A stretch of DNA of 64,000 nt, taken from the NCBI RefSeq assembly GCF_022045235.1, contig NW_027266267.1:26660001-26724000 (forward strand). Reading direction: 5' to 3'. The notes under the pieces were generated by a model that ran no database searches, was not told the origin of the DNA, and saw only the letters and a program-made list of their open reading frames with translations. The position numbers and the translations under genes were made by a program. The DNA comes from Haliotis cracherodii. Taxonomy: Eukaryota. This document shows, in pieces, positions 1 through 29,802 of the stretch (position 1 is the stretch's first letter; every line of letters starts with the position of its first letter).

Positions 1-3000
1 CATTTCCGTTGATAGATGTGCATGCGTATCATTCTTAATTATGACTGTAAATGTACATGGAGATATGTCAACACCTTGAAAGTTTGTTTTGTTTGATAAA
101 AATTATTACAAATTACTTTGTGTTCATTTTTTTCGGTAACAATATTACTTAACAAAATTTTGCCGTTGTTTTCACTCAAAACCTGTAGACCATGAATGGT
201 AGATTTTGTGTTGTCTGATGACAGCCTACGAGAAATCAGGCACTAGTTTAGATAGATGGGAGCCTCGTCAACAATGACCAGAAACCCTTGGCAAACTGAA
301 GCACAAGGTAAGAAAAAAGTTTGTATGAGGTCAATGATGTGTTAGGAATTAACAGGGTGACCAACCATGAACAGTTTGCATTGTATAAAAATTTCATTTT
401 GAAAACATGTATTGCGAGGAATATTGTGGCCCAATTTTTGTTATGACTTGATGTTACTTATATGTTAGTTTGTGTGATGATAATTTTTATGAATATGTTT
501 ATTCATTGCTGGCCAACAGCGGCCAAGGTATTTTTGTTCATTAACTACCCCTGCTGTAATTGGCGTATTGTTTACTTTGATTAATGGGTGACGTCAACAG
601 GTGTCTGTATCTCAGCATGGTAAGTCTGCAATGTGCAACAAAAATGTCTACAGTGACTTTGAACTTTGCAGCTTTTTTTTGTCTAAAATTATGGAAAAAG
701 TAGGTTCATAGAAAATTTCACAAAAGTTGTATTTGAATCGTAAATATTGTAAATTCGGAATAACATTTGTATTATGCTAGCTGGTGAGAGTATACATATT
801 TGTATTCCTAATGTGATATTTATGATACAGAAAGACAGGCGGCTAATAATTTGTTTATCATGATCTCATTCTTTAAAGAATCCAGGTTTAATACATATTG
901 CTATTTTCACTTTAGTAGCTTCATAAACTGCGTAGGAATACAAAGCCTGAGTGAACTGCCCCATTTAAAATGTAGTGCCAAATGATTTGCAGTCTTGTTT
1001 GTTAACATAAGCACTCACACACCGGGAAATCACTATCTAATCATGTAGGGAATGTTATGTGATAATCTTTAAGCAAGTAGGCATCCAAACGATGTACAAA
1101 GCTGAGTGAAAGTAGTTCCTGCAGGCTGACCTCATTTACAGATTTTTATTGGATTGTGATACCAAGATAATTGGATTGATTTATCTACCGATAACACTGT
1201 CCATTACATGATAATTTTGGTTGTGTTGATTATTGGGATTGTTTGTATTTTCTGAATTTTAAATAAACCCCCTTAGGTTCTGTAACAAAACATTGCAGCG
1301 ACGAGTGAAAAATGAATGATGGACACGGTTGAAAACATTGGATCCATAGCGACAGAATAACGCTGAAATCTGATTGGGTGAACATGTACTCATAGCTCCT
1401 CCTCTTTGTGGATGTGCTGAGGGTGTTAATCACCAGAAACAAAAATACCCTCGACTGGTGATGGTGAAACAATGATCATAATACTGCCGACATACCTCAG
1501 ATTGTTTCTGTACATAGATATACATATAGGCATGTGCAAGAAAGATTTCATCACTTGCTGTTTCCTTAAAATGGCAAAGCAATAATTGGCTGATTCCAAC
1601 AGAAAGTTATAACTGTTAGATGTATTAATGTTTACGTAATTTTACGTTATTTGTTAAACGTCATTATGAAGACACCACCTACTTTTTTTTGATAATTTGT
1701 TCATTCATTTGTTCATACTGAAACATATATGATTACTCACTGTATACATATGACAGACACTATACATATTATCAGATATGTATATGGGCACACGTGGCAG
1801 TCATCTTAGGTTCGGTGTGCAGAGTTATGTCCCTTAGGTATGCCAGAATCCTCAATTCCCCCTGATCGTGATTCTTGGTATGACAGTATAAGCTGGTCTA
1901 TGGAGTCACCAATCCTGTAATGGCTTAAGATCACTATTGCTTGGGGCTGGTTAAACCCAGTTCATTCCAAGAATTGCTTATGACAACTTAGAAATATCAT
2001 TCTCAGAAGTCTCTCTTCCTTTTTTGTTTCTAAGACCTGGTTGGCGATTCCATATGCCAAGTAAAATATAAGAACCATATGCCTTTGATTGTGAAGAATC
2101 TTGTCTCATGAATTTTTGTTGACTCCATTGATTCCAGATTTGAATGATTTTGTCAGTTAGAACATCTACCTATTTTGTAATATTATCAACTGTTAAAACT
2201 ATCTGTCAAGTGAACACAGAACGCAGTGGATAAAACTAGTCACTGGGAAGTGGAGAAGTGGTGGAAGCCTTTTTCATGTCACTGTAGCTTTGAATGATTG
2301 TTGCCATTTTTACCTGATTTTGATGGTGCTAACACATGTAGCCATGTTTTTAACTATAACATTGTGTGGTGTATAGCAGGCCTACGTGTATATTTTCATT
2401 GCTTGTGACAGATTTCATATTTCTGTTTTCACACTATATCCTGCTATTTAGAGCTATATAAAATGTATTTTATGAACTCATGCTGTTTTCATTTTTGTCT
2501 GATGTGAATATGCGTAAATGGATGGCTCAGTGGCCTAAGGTTCTTTCCAGAGTTGTGTCCCTTAGCCACCCCAGGATGTGCTGATTGTGGCTGTTTTAAT
2601 CCCAGTTTTGCCCTAGTTATGATCCTTGTGGGTGCCGACCCTCAACCTCTTGGAATTGGAACACTACTTAATTTGTTTTGGCATCCAGTTTAAGAACTTT
2701 CGAGTAAATTAGACTGGAATTTTCATGTAGAATGCATGACCATGCATGCTCATGAGCTTTGGGATAAATGTGTTATTTATTTGACACTCAAAATCATGAA
2801 AAATAAGCTTCAAATTTTGAAATCCACATACAAGATAAACATTTCATGGCATCCTGCATACTGCTTCGCCGGGCTTGGCATCAGGCGTACGAAAGGGGGT
2901 GGCACTCATTCTCTGTGCACCAACGTACTGCTACACCCACTTCAGAAGAAACAACCTGAAAATGGAACCCGAAGATCTGCGAAGACCTGTGCATCTTGTC

Positions 3001-5663
3001 ACCCTCCACAGTCTGTTTAGCAGTATTATAGATCTACGTATGTTGGATGAAGCATCCTGATGCAGTTATTCCCAGACAACATCTCTCAAGCATTGTGCTG
3101 CCTGGTTGAGACTCAAATATTTACCTTTAGCATGATATATTGCTGCCTGACCAATCGCGTAAAACAACACTCATTTTTATATTTCAAACTACACCAAGTT
3201 CAGTTTCCATGACAATTTGCAAAATAGATTTCATTCCCAAAACAACAGACATCATGTTAGTTTTCCAGCATTTTTATTTGGTAATGGTAATACAGCCTGT
3301 CAACAGCGCCCTCACATACAAACAAGAAGCACAGGTGGGCACATGACTGACAGGTGGGGATGGTGGGTCACAGGCGATCCCCAAACTAGGGGAGGCAACT
3401 GTTGCAGCTTATGACCTACAGGTCATCAAAGAGATGACTGATGAAAATCGGAGAAGCCATGTTATTACTTAACAATTCCATTCCAGTGAGCAGAAAATTG
3501 ACAACTATCAAGGGAGGTTACCACGTCAGGAAGACAAACTAAGGGAGGCTACTCATGACTAGTACTTTCACAGTCTGTCCATGCTCTGATTTGAATGAGG
3601 ACAAATTTGTTCTAAAACTGATTCTGCTTAATTCACTCATATGACATAGGATTATTTAGGGGCAGAAAACTGGAGACCATGGTGAACGGTCTTGACCCTT
3701 TCCTGTTCAGGCTAAATCCTTCTGCTAAATGTATCCACAAGATAGCTAGCTAGCCTACACCAAAGTAATCAAATCATACAAAATTCTTCTACTTTCAGAT
3801 ATATATATATACTGCATACAGAACAGGATTAAATCTTCGAACTATACAGTGATACCCACAGAAAAAAATATCCGACAGCATTTAATGGAAAAGAAATTGG
3901 TATGTGTATATAAATGTGTGCATCAAATTATGAACGAAATGAAACGGCCATGCATATACTGCTTCCGTATAACACTGGGTTAGACTATTGATCATGACTA
4001 GCCAATGGACAAACTTGATGGAAACTGGTCTCAACAAAGTGCTTCATGAAATAGATTACAAATGACACACATGTCAAACAAATTTCTATCTGGACTTGCA
4101 TTATGACACATGTAATCAGCAAACACTCTGACAGCGTCAACACGTCCTGCCAATTAAAAAAATCCTGTGAATTCAGAAAGTCCTGTGAAAAGGTGTTCAT
4201 TTTTTTATTTCGAGCATCTGTCACTTGAACTAGATATTACCTGATTTAGAAAATGAGTTGCACACATCATGCCAAATTGAAATAAGATTGAAATAGTTTT
4301 GACTTCTGTCATCAAATACCTACTCAAGACATTCTATCTTGTTACAGATCACAAGTTCATGTTAAGGGCAGATCAAAGAAATTGTAATAACATTACAAAA
4401 AAATTCATAACTAGTTCTTAATTAACACTTGAACATTATATCTCATTTAGAATACAAAGTTCACTTCTTTAATAAACATTCGTCAACAAACAAACAAAAT
4501 GTCCAATAATATCAATCTGAAAATTATTTTCAGAGAAACATGCCATGTAAACAATGGATTCCCCTCTTAAAGAATCAATAATGGGATGGAATGGTGAGTT
4601 CACTGAACAATTCTTCTCAACAACACTCTAGTACTCTGGGGTGAAATTCTGACAAACTCCATGCTCTGTTCTAAACTGTGTGGACATACACTATCACAAT
4701 ACAAGACTTCACAATTTGTGTCATTCACTCAAAGAAACAGTGGATTTCATTCAAAAGAATTCAACTATTCTTAAACATTTGTTTAACGAGACACTGTAAC
4801 CTTTTACTATGGCTTGTTTTTCAAAATTCATCTCTTTTTCACATTTTCTATTTTGCAAATTGTCATATTAATATTTTACCTGCAGTAACATATCACTCAA
4901 CGTTTTATAAGGACATCCAGGTGAATATGACTGACTGGTTAGATATGTTGTCATGATGACAGTAGTGCCATGGAACTGTCGCATTTAAGTGAGTGAGAGT
5001 GAATTTTGCTAACCGAAGCATCAGCAACATTGCAGCTATTCACAAAGGACAAATTTCAGTTTCACAATGGGGAGAGGAAATGAGATACGTATTCGTCCAT
5101 AAAATAAAACGTCACTGTATCCTTATCAAACGTTGAGCGGTATGTTTCCACATATCCTACATCGTACTACGAATCACAGCTGAAATGGGATATGTAATTT
5201 GCTGTAGTTTTATTTGGCGATGATGTTCAATTTATACATACAAAGCAGTCGTAATCTTGATTCAGTCAATACATCCATATTTACAAAATACCCGCTCTAT
5301 CTACAGCCATTCCGGGAATACAGTCCGTTGTATATTATGGAAACTATGTAACCAAGAATTCTCAAATGTCGGATACACACATAGCTACAAAGTAAGGCCA
5401 AGTTTGATTAAAGATCGGAAATGGTCAACCAAGCTCTCCATGACTGTGCAGAGACAGGATTGAAAGAGATGGAACAACCAGAACTAAATATGACTTGACA
5501 ATCTGAATGGTTAAGCTGAACGTTTGATTCCGTGCCTTTTGGTAAAACATTCACAAAGTGACACACTAGTGTAGTACCTACATGTTGTATTCTAACAGAG
5601 AAATATGGTCCACATTAAAAACACAGCCTTCGTATCACAATGTCGGGTGACCTTGACCTTGGT

Positions 5664-22017
<16,354 letters not shown>

Positions 22018-22516
22018 GTTGATGTTCCTAAATCATGTGATGTAGCCCCTCGTAATACTCCGGGAAATGACGCGAGAGAGGCTCGATTTGACATATTATA
22101 TGTGCCGTACAACATATTAAATGTGTCAATAGCACATACGGTATTCTGTTGGACGTTGGTACTCTCTTTTAACTTAGAATAACAATGTTTCCCGTGGTAT
22201 TCACTTAAGATACATACTGGGGTTTATTCGATGCAGAACTAGGTTACCTGCAGATTCGAAGTGGCTAAATCGAATTTGGAACAGAACGCGAACTCTTTAG
22301 GGAATATGATGAGTGATGCATGTGTTGAGTTCAGTGTTTTGAGAAGGTTGTCGTTTTAAATTTCCGATAATAGCTCTTAAACAAATCATGTCACTGTTAC
22401 ACTGAAATATTGTATGACAGACATTGAAAGTATGTAGAACAGATGCCTCATTAGCAAACATTAAACAAACATGAAGCAAACGTTGTTAGGTTTACTTCCA
22501 AAACACATACCTCGTC

Positions 22517-22576
<60 letters not shown>

Positions 22577-23450
22577 ATGTATACGTATATACATAAGTGC
22601 AATAATCTTGAACGCCACGTTAAGCCCCATTTCACTTCGTATGTTGATAAAAAACAACAACCGCATCTTCGCTCATAGACATCTGATGCATACTAACTCC
22701 ATTTAAAGTGAAATGTTCAGTCCATTGTGTGTTTGGATTCAAACGACAGACTCGGATACCGGCGTCACACACTGTGCCAACATAACCAAGCTGTTGGACA
22801 TCACAGACACTCAATGGTTAATGGAGTTCGACTTGACACGGTTCAGTTGACTGACAGGTAGTGCCAGGATCCGCTGATGGAGGTTTGAATCCCAGAATAA
22901 CCTGATTATGAAACTTGGTCTGTCAGCACCAGTCTGTCTGTTTCTGTAAATTAGTAACCTACGACCTGTCCCACTTTGAGTTAGCTGACACGACCTGGTA
23001 TCACGAACATATTGTTCAAATTGACCTACTTTAATTAACTCTTCATTCAGTAAGATTTTGATAAGTGTGTGTTGCTTCGTTGCACTCGACAATGAAATGT
23101 AAGGATGCAAGACAGGTTCATTGATCAGCATTTTCACAGAAAGTGAACGCGTTAGCTGTAATAAATTAATCTACAAAAAATCAGACTTTTCATAATGCAC
23201 CTCATACAGCCTAAAAATCGATAATTATTTTCAACGTGGGTAAAAAACACAAAAACACAGCGAGGCACTTAGTGAAATAGTAAGTGTTCACGTGAGGTTC
23301 GTTAGCGATTTGTATAAATATCTGGTTGTCGTACAAATAGTATTTCCGGAAGCGCATGCGGATAGTCTACATCTGAACTTCCGGTAGTGCGGCGGGAAGG
23401 AGCACGAGTATTGGCGATCACTTCAAAGAAATCTGGCCTCCTGTCCAAGC
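22018..23450. promoter_or_regulatory. Divergent (putatively bidirectional) promoter region between ATP6V1A and NAA50
   Basis: 1433 bp between start codons. Motifs: TCATGTGA 22033-22040, TCACGTGA 23288-23295, ETS-type TTCCGGAA 23344-23351 and ACTTCCGGT 23377-23385, NRF1-like GCGCATGCG 23352-23360. Confidence 0.7.
22522..22568. repeat. (CA)n microsatellite in the divergent promoter region
   Basis: Direct. Confidence 0.97.
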
Positions 23451-23458
23451 ATGACGAG
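23451..23458 (+). CDS. NAA50: NAA50 exon 1 coding part
   Basis: ATG ACG AG|gttgta; phase 2 fits exon 2; lies just downstream of promoter motifs. Confidence 0.75.
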
Positions 23459-26400
23459 GTTGTAATTTAAAATCTGGAGATTGATACAGTAAAACTTAAA
23501 ATGTGTTAAGAAAGGCAGTTTTTCTAACCCTTCATTCAGCAAATAGCATCCTTCCTCAATAATGAATGACGTGATGTCGGAAAATCTAGACTTGATCAGT
23601 CATGTTTGGGTGAAGAGTCGTGTTGAGGATTTCATTTTGATATGTGCGCCTCTGTTGATATCGAGCCTGATCTCGTAAGAAATGATGATGATATTAAAGT
23701 CAATGGGGTAGTAGGGCGATAGTGGTATTACCACGGCTGCGAAGTAAGACAGTTCAGCTGACACGGTTCCTCCATACATTGACTGGCCAAACCAGGAAAA
23801 CATCTCAGAAGCAGGAGAGTGAGTGAGCGAGTGAAATTAACGTCACATCGGCAATATTTCAGCGACGAAACAGTTATATTAATTATAATAAGAATCTGTC
23901 AACGATGGACAGTTAGATAACTATCACAGTTTCGATTTTAAAACTAGTTGAGAACAGTTAAAAGAATACATTTTCAATCAACAATACATTATAAAAATGG
24001 GGTATAGATCACCAGAAACCAAAGTTAGGCCACATTACTGGGGAGCGTGGGGACTTACATTACGGATTTACACAGTGATTCAACAGTAAAAAATCTACTT
24101 GAGATGATTAGCGACTATCAGTGTGTGATTGTTTGGTTGCAAGAGTATATTGCCATCCTTGAATTACCAACAATTAACAAAATCACCGCATAATTTAACG
24201 TGGGGGGACATTTGTTTGAAAGGCTTATACATACAACTTCATGCACAAACCTTGCATAGATCTATGCGATGAATAAATCTAAATAAAATTTTATTTCACT
24301 CTCCTTCGGTGATGTTATAGTTGGACACAGTCCCATTAGGTGCGAACATCATTGCAGTAAGATGAGACTTTACATGCTCACCTGATGGAGTATGTCAGTG
24401 TTCTGACCCTGATGTTATACACGGACATTAGAAGAGGACATAACTGTGCAGAAGGACACAATCAGAAAGAATGATATGTACAATAATCACGTTGACTGAT
24501 AATGTGGGTGGGTGGGAAGTTGTTCTAGGCCTGGGTACCCAGGCTTCATTTTGATTTACCCCATAAAGATCTTGGTTAGATTTGTTCTTCAGCAACCGAT
24601 GCTTGTCATGAGAGGTGACTACTGGGATCGGGTGGTGAGGCTTGCTGACTTAGTTAATGTATGTCGTTGATGCTCATGACATCAATCACTGGAATGTCTG
24701 GTCCAGATTATTTACAAATTGCCCTCATATAGCTGGAATATAGCTGAGTGCAGCATTCAACAGCAAACAAACAGAAAATGTTTCAATATATCCGAACATG
24801 CCCAGCTATCATGGCTATGTACAGGCATGTGTGCACCCCTGCTTCCAAGATCTGTGTATCCTTTAAATCTTTAATGTTTAACATTTGGGTCAGATCAAGA
24901 ACTAGTATTACCCATGTGATCCCACTTTCTTATGAGATGATGATCGACATAACGGGCACATATCAAAATGAGATCCCCAAAACTCCTCCTCCCACTGGGT
25001 CGGTACTTGGCTGGATCTGTGGCGATCCGGGTAGAAAATAGGTTTTCAGCAACCTTTGCTTGCCGTCAGAGGCAACTAACGGCACCTGGTGGTCAGGCTC
25101 TCTGACTTGGTTGATACATGTCATTGATCCCAATTGCGTGAATCGATGCTCATGATATCAATCACTGGATTATCTGGTCCAGACTCGATTATTTACACAC
25201 TGCCGTCATATAGCTGGAATTTTGCGGAGTGCAGCGTTAAACAAACAGTATTAGTATTACTCTGTGTAAGAGAGTGATTGGCTTTATACAACCGAGACAT
25301 TAATATTGTAATCTAGGCTTTGATAAACACTGTAACCCCCGACTCTAAATCTTTAGAGGGGCGGTCGGGTAGCCTAGTGGTTAAAGCGTTCGCTCGTCAC
25401 GCTAAAGACCCGGGTTCGATTCCCGACATGGGTACAATGTATGAAGCCCATTTGTGGTGTCCCCCCGCCATGATATTGCTGGAATATTGCTAAAGGTGGC
25501 GTTAAACCATACTCACTCACTAAATCTTTAGGGACTTATAAATTATGACTACAAAATGGAAATGTTTTTGATATTAACCCATGCATGTATTTGTTGCAGA
25601 GGTCGCATAGAACTAGGGGACATAACCCCGCACAACATCAAGCAGCTCAAGCGGTTGAACCAGGTAGTGTTCCCGGTCACCTACAATGACAAGTTCTACA
25701 AGGACGTCCTAGAAGTGGGAGAACTTGCAAAACTTGGTAAAGGCCTTTATTGTCTTGCATGGTCAGATTTTGTCATAGTTTATCTGTGTTGGTTATGCAG
25801 CAAGCTTAACCCAACAGTTGTTGGTGAAAAATGATATATCCAGTTTAGAATGTTTGAAGTGCATAGTGACAAAAATGATGAATGTAAATAAACATGGATT
25901 AAGTCTCCCTGAAAAATTTACATCTGATAAAAAATAAACAAACTGCTCTGCTGATGTAAATTTTAATGATAGTAATCTTCCTTCAGAAAGTGGGGTGGTG
26001 GGGTAGCCTAATAGTTAAAAGCTAAAAGTTAAAGTTCGATTCCCCACATGGGTACAATGTGTGAAGCCCATTTCTGGTGTCCCACGCTGCGACATTGCTG
26101 GAATATTGCTCAAAGCGTCATAAAACCATACTCACTCATTCGATCACTCCTTCAGAAACAAGCTTCGCATAGTCCAGTCTTTTGTTTCTTTCGATACCAA
26201 GGACTGATGAATATTAGTGTTCAGTCTCGACTCATCTCATATTTTGAACAAGTTGCAGAACATGGTAGAAGTAGGCGGCAAAATTCAAGATTTCTCTAAA
26301 ACTTGAAATACACTCTTGGTCAATTTGTGTTGTGTTTTCTGCTCAAGATGTATAGCCAAACATACTTTGAATATTGGAGGACCTGCATATTGTACATTGA

Positions 26401-29288
26401 AAATAACATGATAATATTTCAAAATGCAAACCAACAGTGATTGGAAGAGTACTTTTCTTGAAACATATTCTCCTACAGCAATAGAGTCATCAAATCAGTT
26501 TTTTTAAACACGGCTGGTTATTGTGATTTGAAACCTCTGCTAGACCAATCAGAATTTGTTATATTCTGAATTCATCATGATTCATTGTAAAATAATTATT
26601 AATTCCTTTTTAGCTGATCATTTAAGTTTGTTATATCCTAGATAATTACTTGTTTAGATATACCAAAAGTCTGCAGGTGAATAGGTCAGTAAGTGCGTCG
26701 TCACTCAGTGTTCGGGTCGCCCGGTCGCCTAAGGCATCCCATTTCACTGGGTGGAGTTGCCAGTGTTCGTTCGGGTTGACTTTTGAAACTACCAGTCCAC
26801 CAGGACTGGCAACTCTAAAAATTACCAGTCCCCACTAAATTCTGTCAGTCCCAACTTTTAGCACATAAAAAAAAAGTATGAAAATTACCTGGTTTTAATT
26901 CTTTTAACATTATGTTCCATACAATGACATCATCTCTGAAGTAACTTTGTTAAATCTACATGTCATTTACATAAAGATGTCACATTTTTCTCTTTTTTTG
27001 TTGTTAATATTTCAAGCCGAAGTTGCTACATATATTTAGTTAACCTCGAAGCAAAGCAAAATGTGATTTGCTTGCACTAAATATAGACCATGGGAAACTG
27101 TGATGGTAACAGACAAGCTGACTTCTTTCAAAACATATACTTATGTGAATATAGCCAATGTTTTGTTCAAAAACAAAGATTTATAAGGTACTTTCTATGT
27201 GGGTCCACAGGGACTGGCAGTCAAATGAATTACCGGTCCAAGCTTAATTGTACCGGTAAAAGACTGGTAATTACCGGTAAACGGGAACACTGAGTTGCGT
27301 CCCTTGGGCACACCAGAAACCAATGATTGTGGGTTCGAATCCCGATTATGTTTCTAGGTTTGTCAGCTCAATACCCGTGCTCATGGGTTTCACTGAAGTG
27401 GTAAACGTCTAAAACCTGCATCACTTCGGGCTTTCCTCCGACATTAAGCTGACACGCCGCGACATAATTGAATACGGTTCCAAAATACTGTTAATAACAA
27501 CTCACTCACTCTGTGTTCCAGCCTACTACAATGACATAGTTATAGGAGCAGTGTGCTGTAGGATCGACACGTCTGAGAACCAGAGAAGACTTTACATTAT
27601 GACTCTGGGCTGTCTGGCGCCGTACAGGAGACTGGGCATAGGTAAGTCTTTCCATCAGGGGCACACCGCCTACCTGGTCTAGAGGATAGGGCACCTGTGC
27701 AGAGAGCAGGCCGTGTTGTTACCCTTCGTAGTTCGGCATTAAGGGGCTAAAACAAAGCCTGTTCGGCTTGGAGTCTGTGTACTGTGTCTGAATGGGGTAT
27801 GCATGTTGAACCGTGGCATGGTATCTCAGTGTGCTGGCACTTTATGATCAGCATTAGTCCAGCCTAGTACAAGCAGATAGATGCTGATGATGTCAATCAT
27901 TGGATTTTCTGGTCCAGACTTGATTATAAACAGACTGCCGTGATATAGCTGGAATATTGCTGAGTGCAGCATGAAACAACAAACAAGATATGAATAACTA
28001 TTATCTCGTCCAGTCTTGAATATTTACAGGCCACCGTTAAACAGCTGGAATATTGCTGTGTGCGGCGTTAAACATTAAACAAACAATAATTGGGTTCTAA
28101 ACAGGGTTTGAAATTGAGGACGTCCATATGCTAAGATACGTCAAGGACCTTACATCCTGTGAAGATCTGGGGCAGAATAGGTCTTCAGCAACCCATGCTT
28201 GCTATAAAAGGCGACTATGCTTGTTGTAATTGGCGATTAACGGGATCGGATGGTCTGGCTCGCTGACTTGGTTGATGCATGTCACCGATCCCAATTTGCG
28301 TGGGTCGATGCTCAATCAATCACTGGATTGTCTGGTCCAGACTTGATTATTTACAGACCGCTCTCATATAGCTGGAATATTGCTGAGTACGGCATTAAAA
28401 AACAAATAAACAAGATCAAGGACCTTACTTGTAGCCCTGGTTGTAGTTAGCGTTGACAAATTGTGCCCTCCATTATTTGTTTCTATCAGTATGTGTGTAT
28501 ACAGGGGCTGACATTGTCTGACTATGTTCCAGGAACAGTGATGCTACAACATGTCCTCAGGATATGTGACAAGGACGGAAACTTTGATAATGTATTTCTG
28601 TAAGTACTGCGCTCTGAGGAGAGTTGTTTTTATCACCATTCTATTTAATCATCACGATGTTGGGCGGTGGGGTAGCCTTGTGGTTAAAGTGTTCGCTTGT
28701 CACTCCGAACACCCAGGTTCGATTTCCAAATGGGTACAATGTGTGAAGCCCATTTCTCCTGTTCCCCGCCGTGATATTGCTGGAATATTGTTTAAAAGGG
28801 TGTATAACTCACTCACTCACGCACTAAATCACTCACTCAATTCGCTGTGCAGAGTTGTGTCCCTTGAGCATGCCAGACACCTGTGATTGTGGGTTCGAAT
28901 CCCAGTGATTATGTTTCTAGGTTTCTACCATACGCGTGCTCATGGGTTTCACCGGAGTGGTAAACGTCTGAGACCTGCATCACTTCAGGCTTTCCTCCCA
29001 CATTAAGCTGACATGCTGTGATATAACTGTAATATTGTTCAATGTGGTGTTAATCCCAACTCACTCACTCCCTCTTGTGTTTGCAGCCATGTACAAATAA
29101 ACAACGATGGTGCAATTAGGTTCTATGAAAAGTTTGGGTTCGAAATTGTGGAAGAAAAACAGAACTATTACAAGCGAATAGAGCCAGCGGACGCCTATGT
29201 GTTACAGAAGTCCTTCCGCTTGACAAACAACAACCAACCAGCTAGCGAGGAGACCACGTCCGACAACACAGAGATGATCGAATCCTGA
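23451..29288 (+). CDS. NAA50: N-alpha-acetyltransferase 50 (NatE catalytic subunit, san), complete gene, 5 exons, 177 aa
   Basis: join(23451-23458,25600-25736,27522-27641,28533-28599,29087-29288) = 534 nt; [36 protein letters not shown]...[18 protein letters not shown]...[19 protein letters not shown]...[15 protein letters not shown]; GNAT acetyl-CoA motif RRLGIG. Confidence 0.97.
24559..24775 (+). mobile_element. Family D
   Basis: Match to family D consensus. Confidence 0.85.
25017..25247 (+). mobile_element. Family D
   Basis: Match to family D consensus. Confidence 0.87.
25358..25520 (+). mobile_element. SINE family A, full length
   Basis: A/B boxes; exact 12-bp TSD CTAAATCTTTAG (25345-25356, 25520-25531). 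Confidence 0.95.
25600..25736 (+). CDS. NAA50: NAA50 exon 2
   Basis: [45 protein letters not shown]. Confidence 0.97.
25990..26148 (+). mobile_element. SINE family A
   Basis: TSD TCCTTCAGAAA (25979-25989, 26148-26158). Confidence 0.88.
26714..27511 (+). mobile_element. SINE family B split by a nested DNA element
   Basis: Head 26714-26760 and body 27293-27511 rejoin into a family B copy; outer TSD tcactcagtgttc/tcactctgtgttc. Confidence 0.88.
26761..27292. mobile_element. Non-autonomous hAT-like DNA transposon (MITE), 532 bp
   Basis: TIR CAGTGTTC...GAACACTG, TSD AGTTGC (26755-26760, 27293-27298), subterminal ACCAGTCC/TTACCGGT repeats. Confidence 0.85.
27522..27641 (+). CDS. NAA50: NAA50 exon 3
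   Basis: [40 protein letters not shown]. Confidence 0.97.
27662..27880 (+). mobile_element. SINE family C (Meta-domain-like), decayed
   Basis: ggagtctgtgtactgtgtctgaatgggg...ggcatggtatctcagtg. Confidence 0.72.
27880..28412 (+). mobile_element. Cluster of three family D copies (two 3' fragments, one full copy at 28156-28412)
   Basis: Three GCTGGAATATTGCTG tails in tandem. Confidence 0.87.
28533..28599 (+). CDS. NAA50: NAA50 exon 4
   Basis: [23 protein letters not shown]. Confidence 0.96.
28661..28840 (+). mobile_element. SINE family A
   Basis: Family A head, body and tail; directly followed by a family B copy. Confidence 0.9.
28841..29070 (+). mobile_element. SINE family B, 5'-truncated
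   Basis: Family B body; tail ends 16 nt before NAA50 exon 5. Confidence 0.9.
29087..29288 (+). CDS. NAA50: NAA50 exon 5 (stop)
   Basis: [66 protein letters not shown]. Confidence 0.97.
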
Positions 29289-29802
29289 ATATATTCATGA
29301 CAGATGACTCGGTTGATTTCCTGATGTTACAAAGACATTTTTTGAATGCAAGAATTTAGATTTGAAGTGCTTTAAACTTACTAGTTCTTCAACAGAACAA
29401 TCTGTTGGTAATGTTGTCCTCTGGTACAAAGTTTTCAAGAATGTGGGACTTTCTCCTGGAATCAGAACAATACAGGTGCTTTCATTGTGTTCGAGACAGA
29501 ACTGAAATTGAAGCTTTCCATTGACATGAGTCTTTCCATGGTCCATCCCCAGTCAGTGGACGTTGTCCTGTGGGTTCCTTATAGACTACTGTAAGCCTGG
29601 CAAGTTTTGCGAGCAGAAAAGTACTTCGAAGACTGCGAACAGCACACTTGCAATAGATTCATGACACAGTTATTTTTGCAGACCAACAAGGAACTAAAGA
29701 CGTAAGGAGGCATCTTTCGTTTATTCACTTCCACACAGGGTCAAATCAGCCAGAAATGATTAAGTAAATAATCCTCACATCCTGTTTCCTCATGACCCAT
29801 TG

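Noticed and set aside
1-2500. T-rich stretch resembling the 3' UTR of an upstream plus-strand gene
   Set aside because: No coding exon or unambiguous polyadenylation site visible in the window.
25358-25430. tRNA-Asp(GTC) gene (and similar heads at 11624, 31899, 34200, 58090)
   Set aside because: No acceptor stem; continues into a shared SINE body, tail and TSD.
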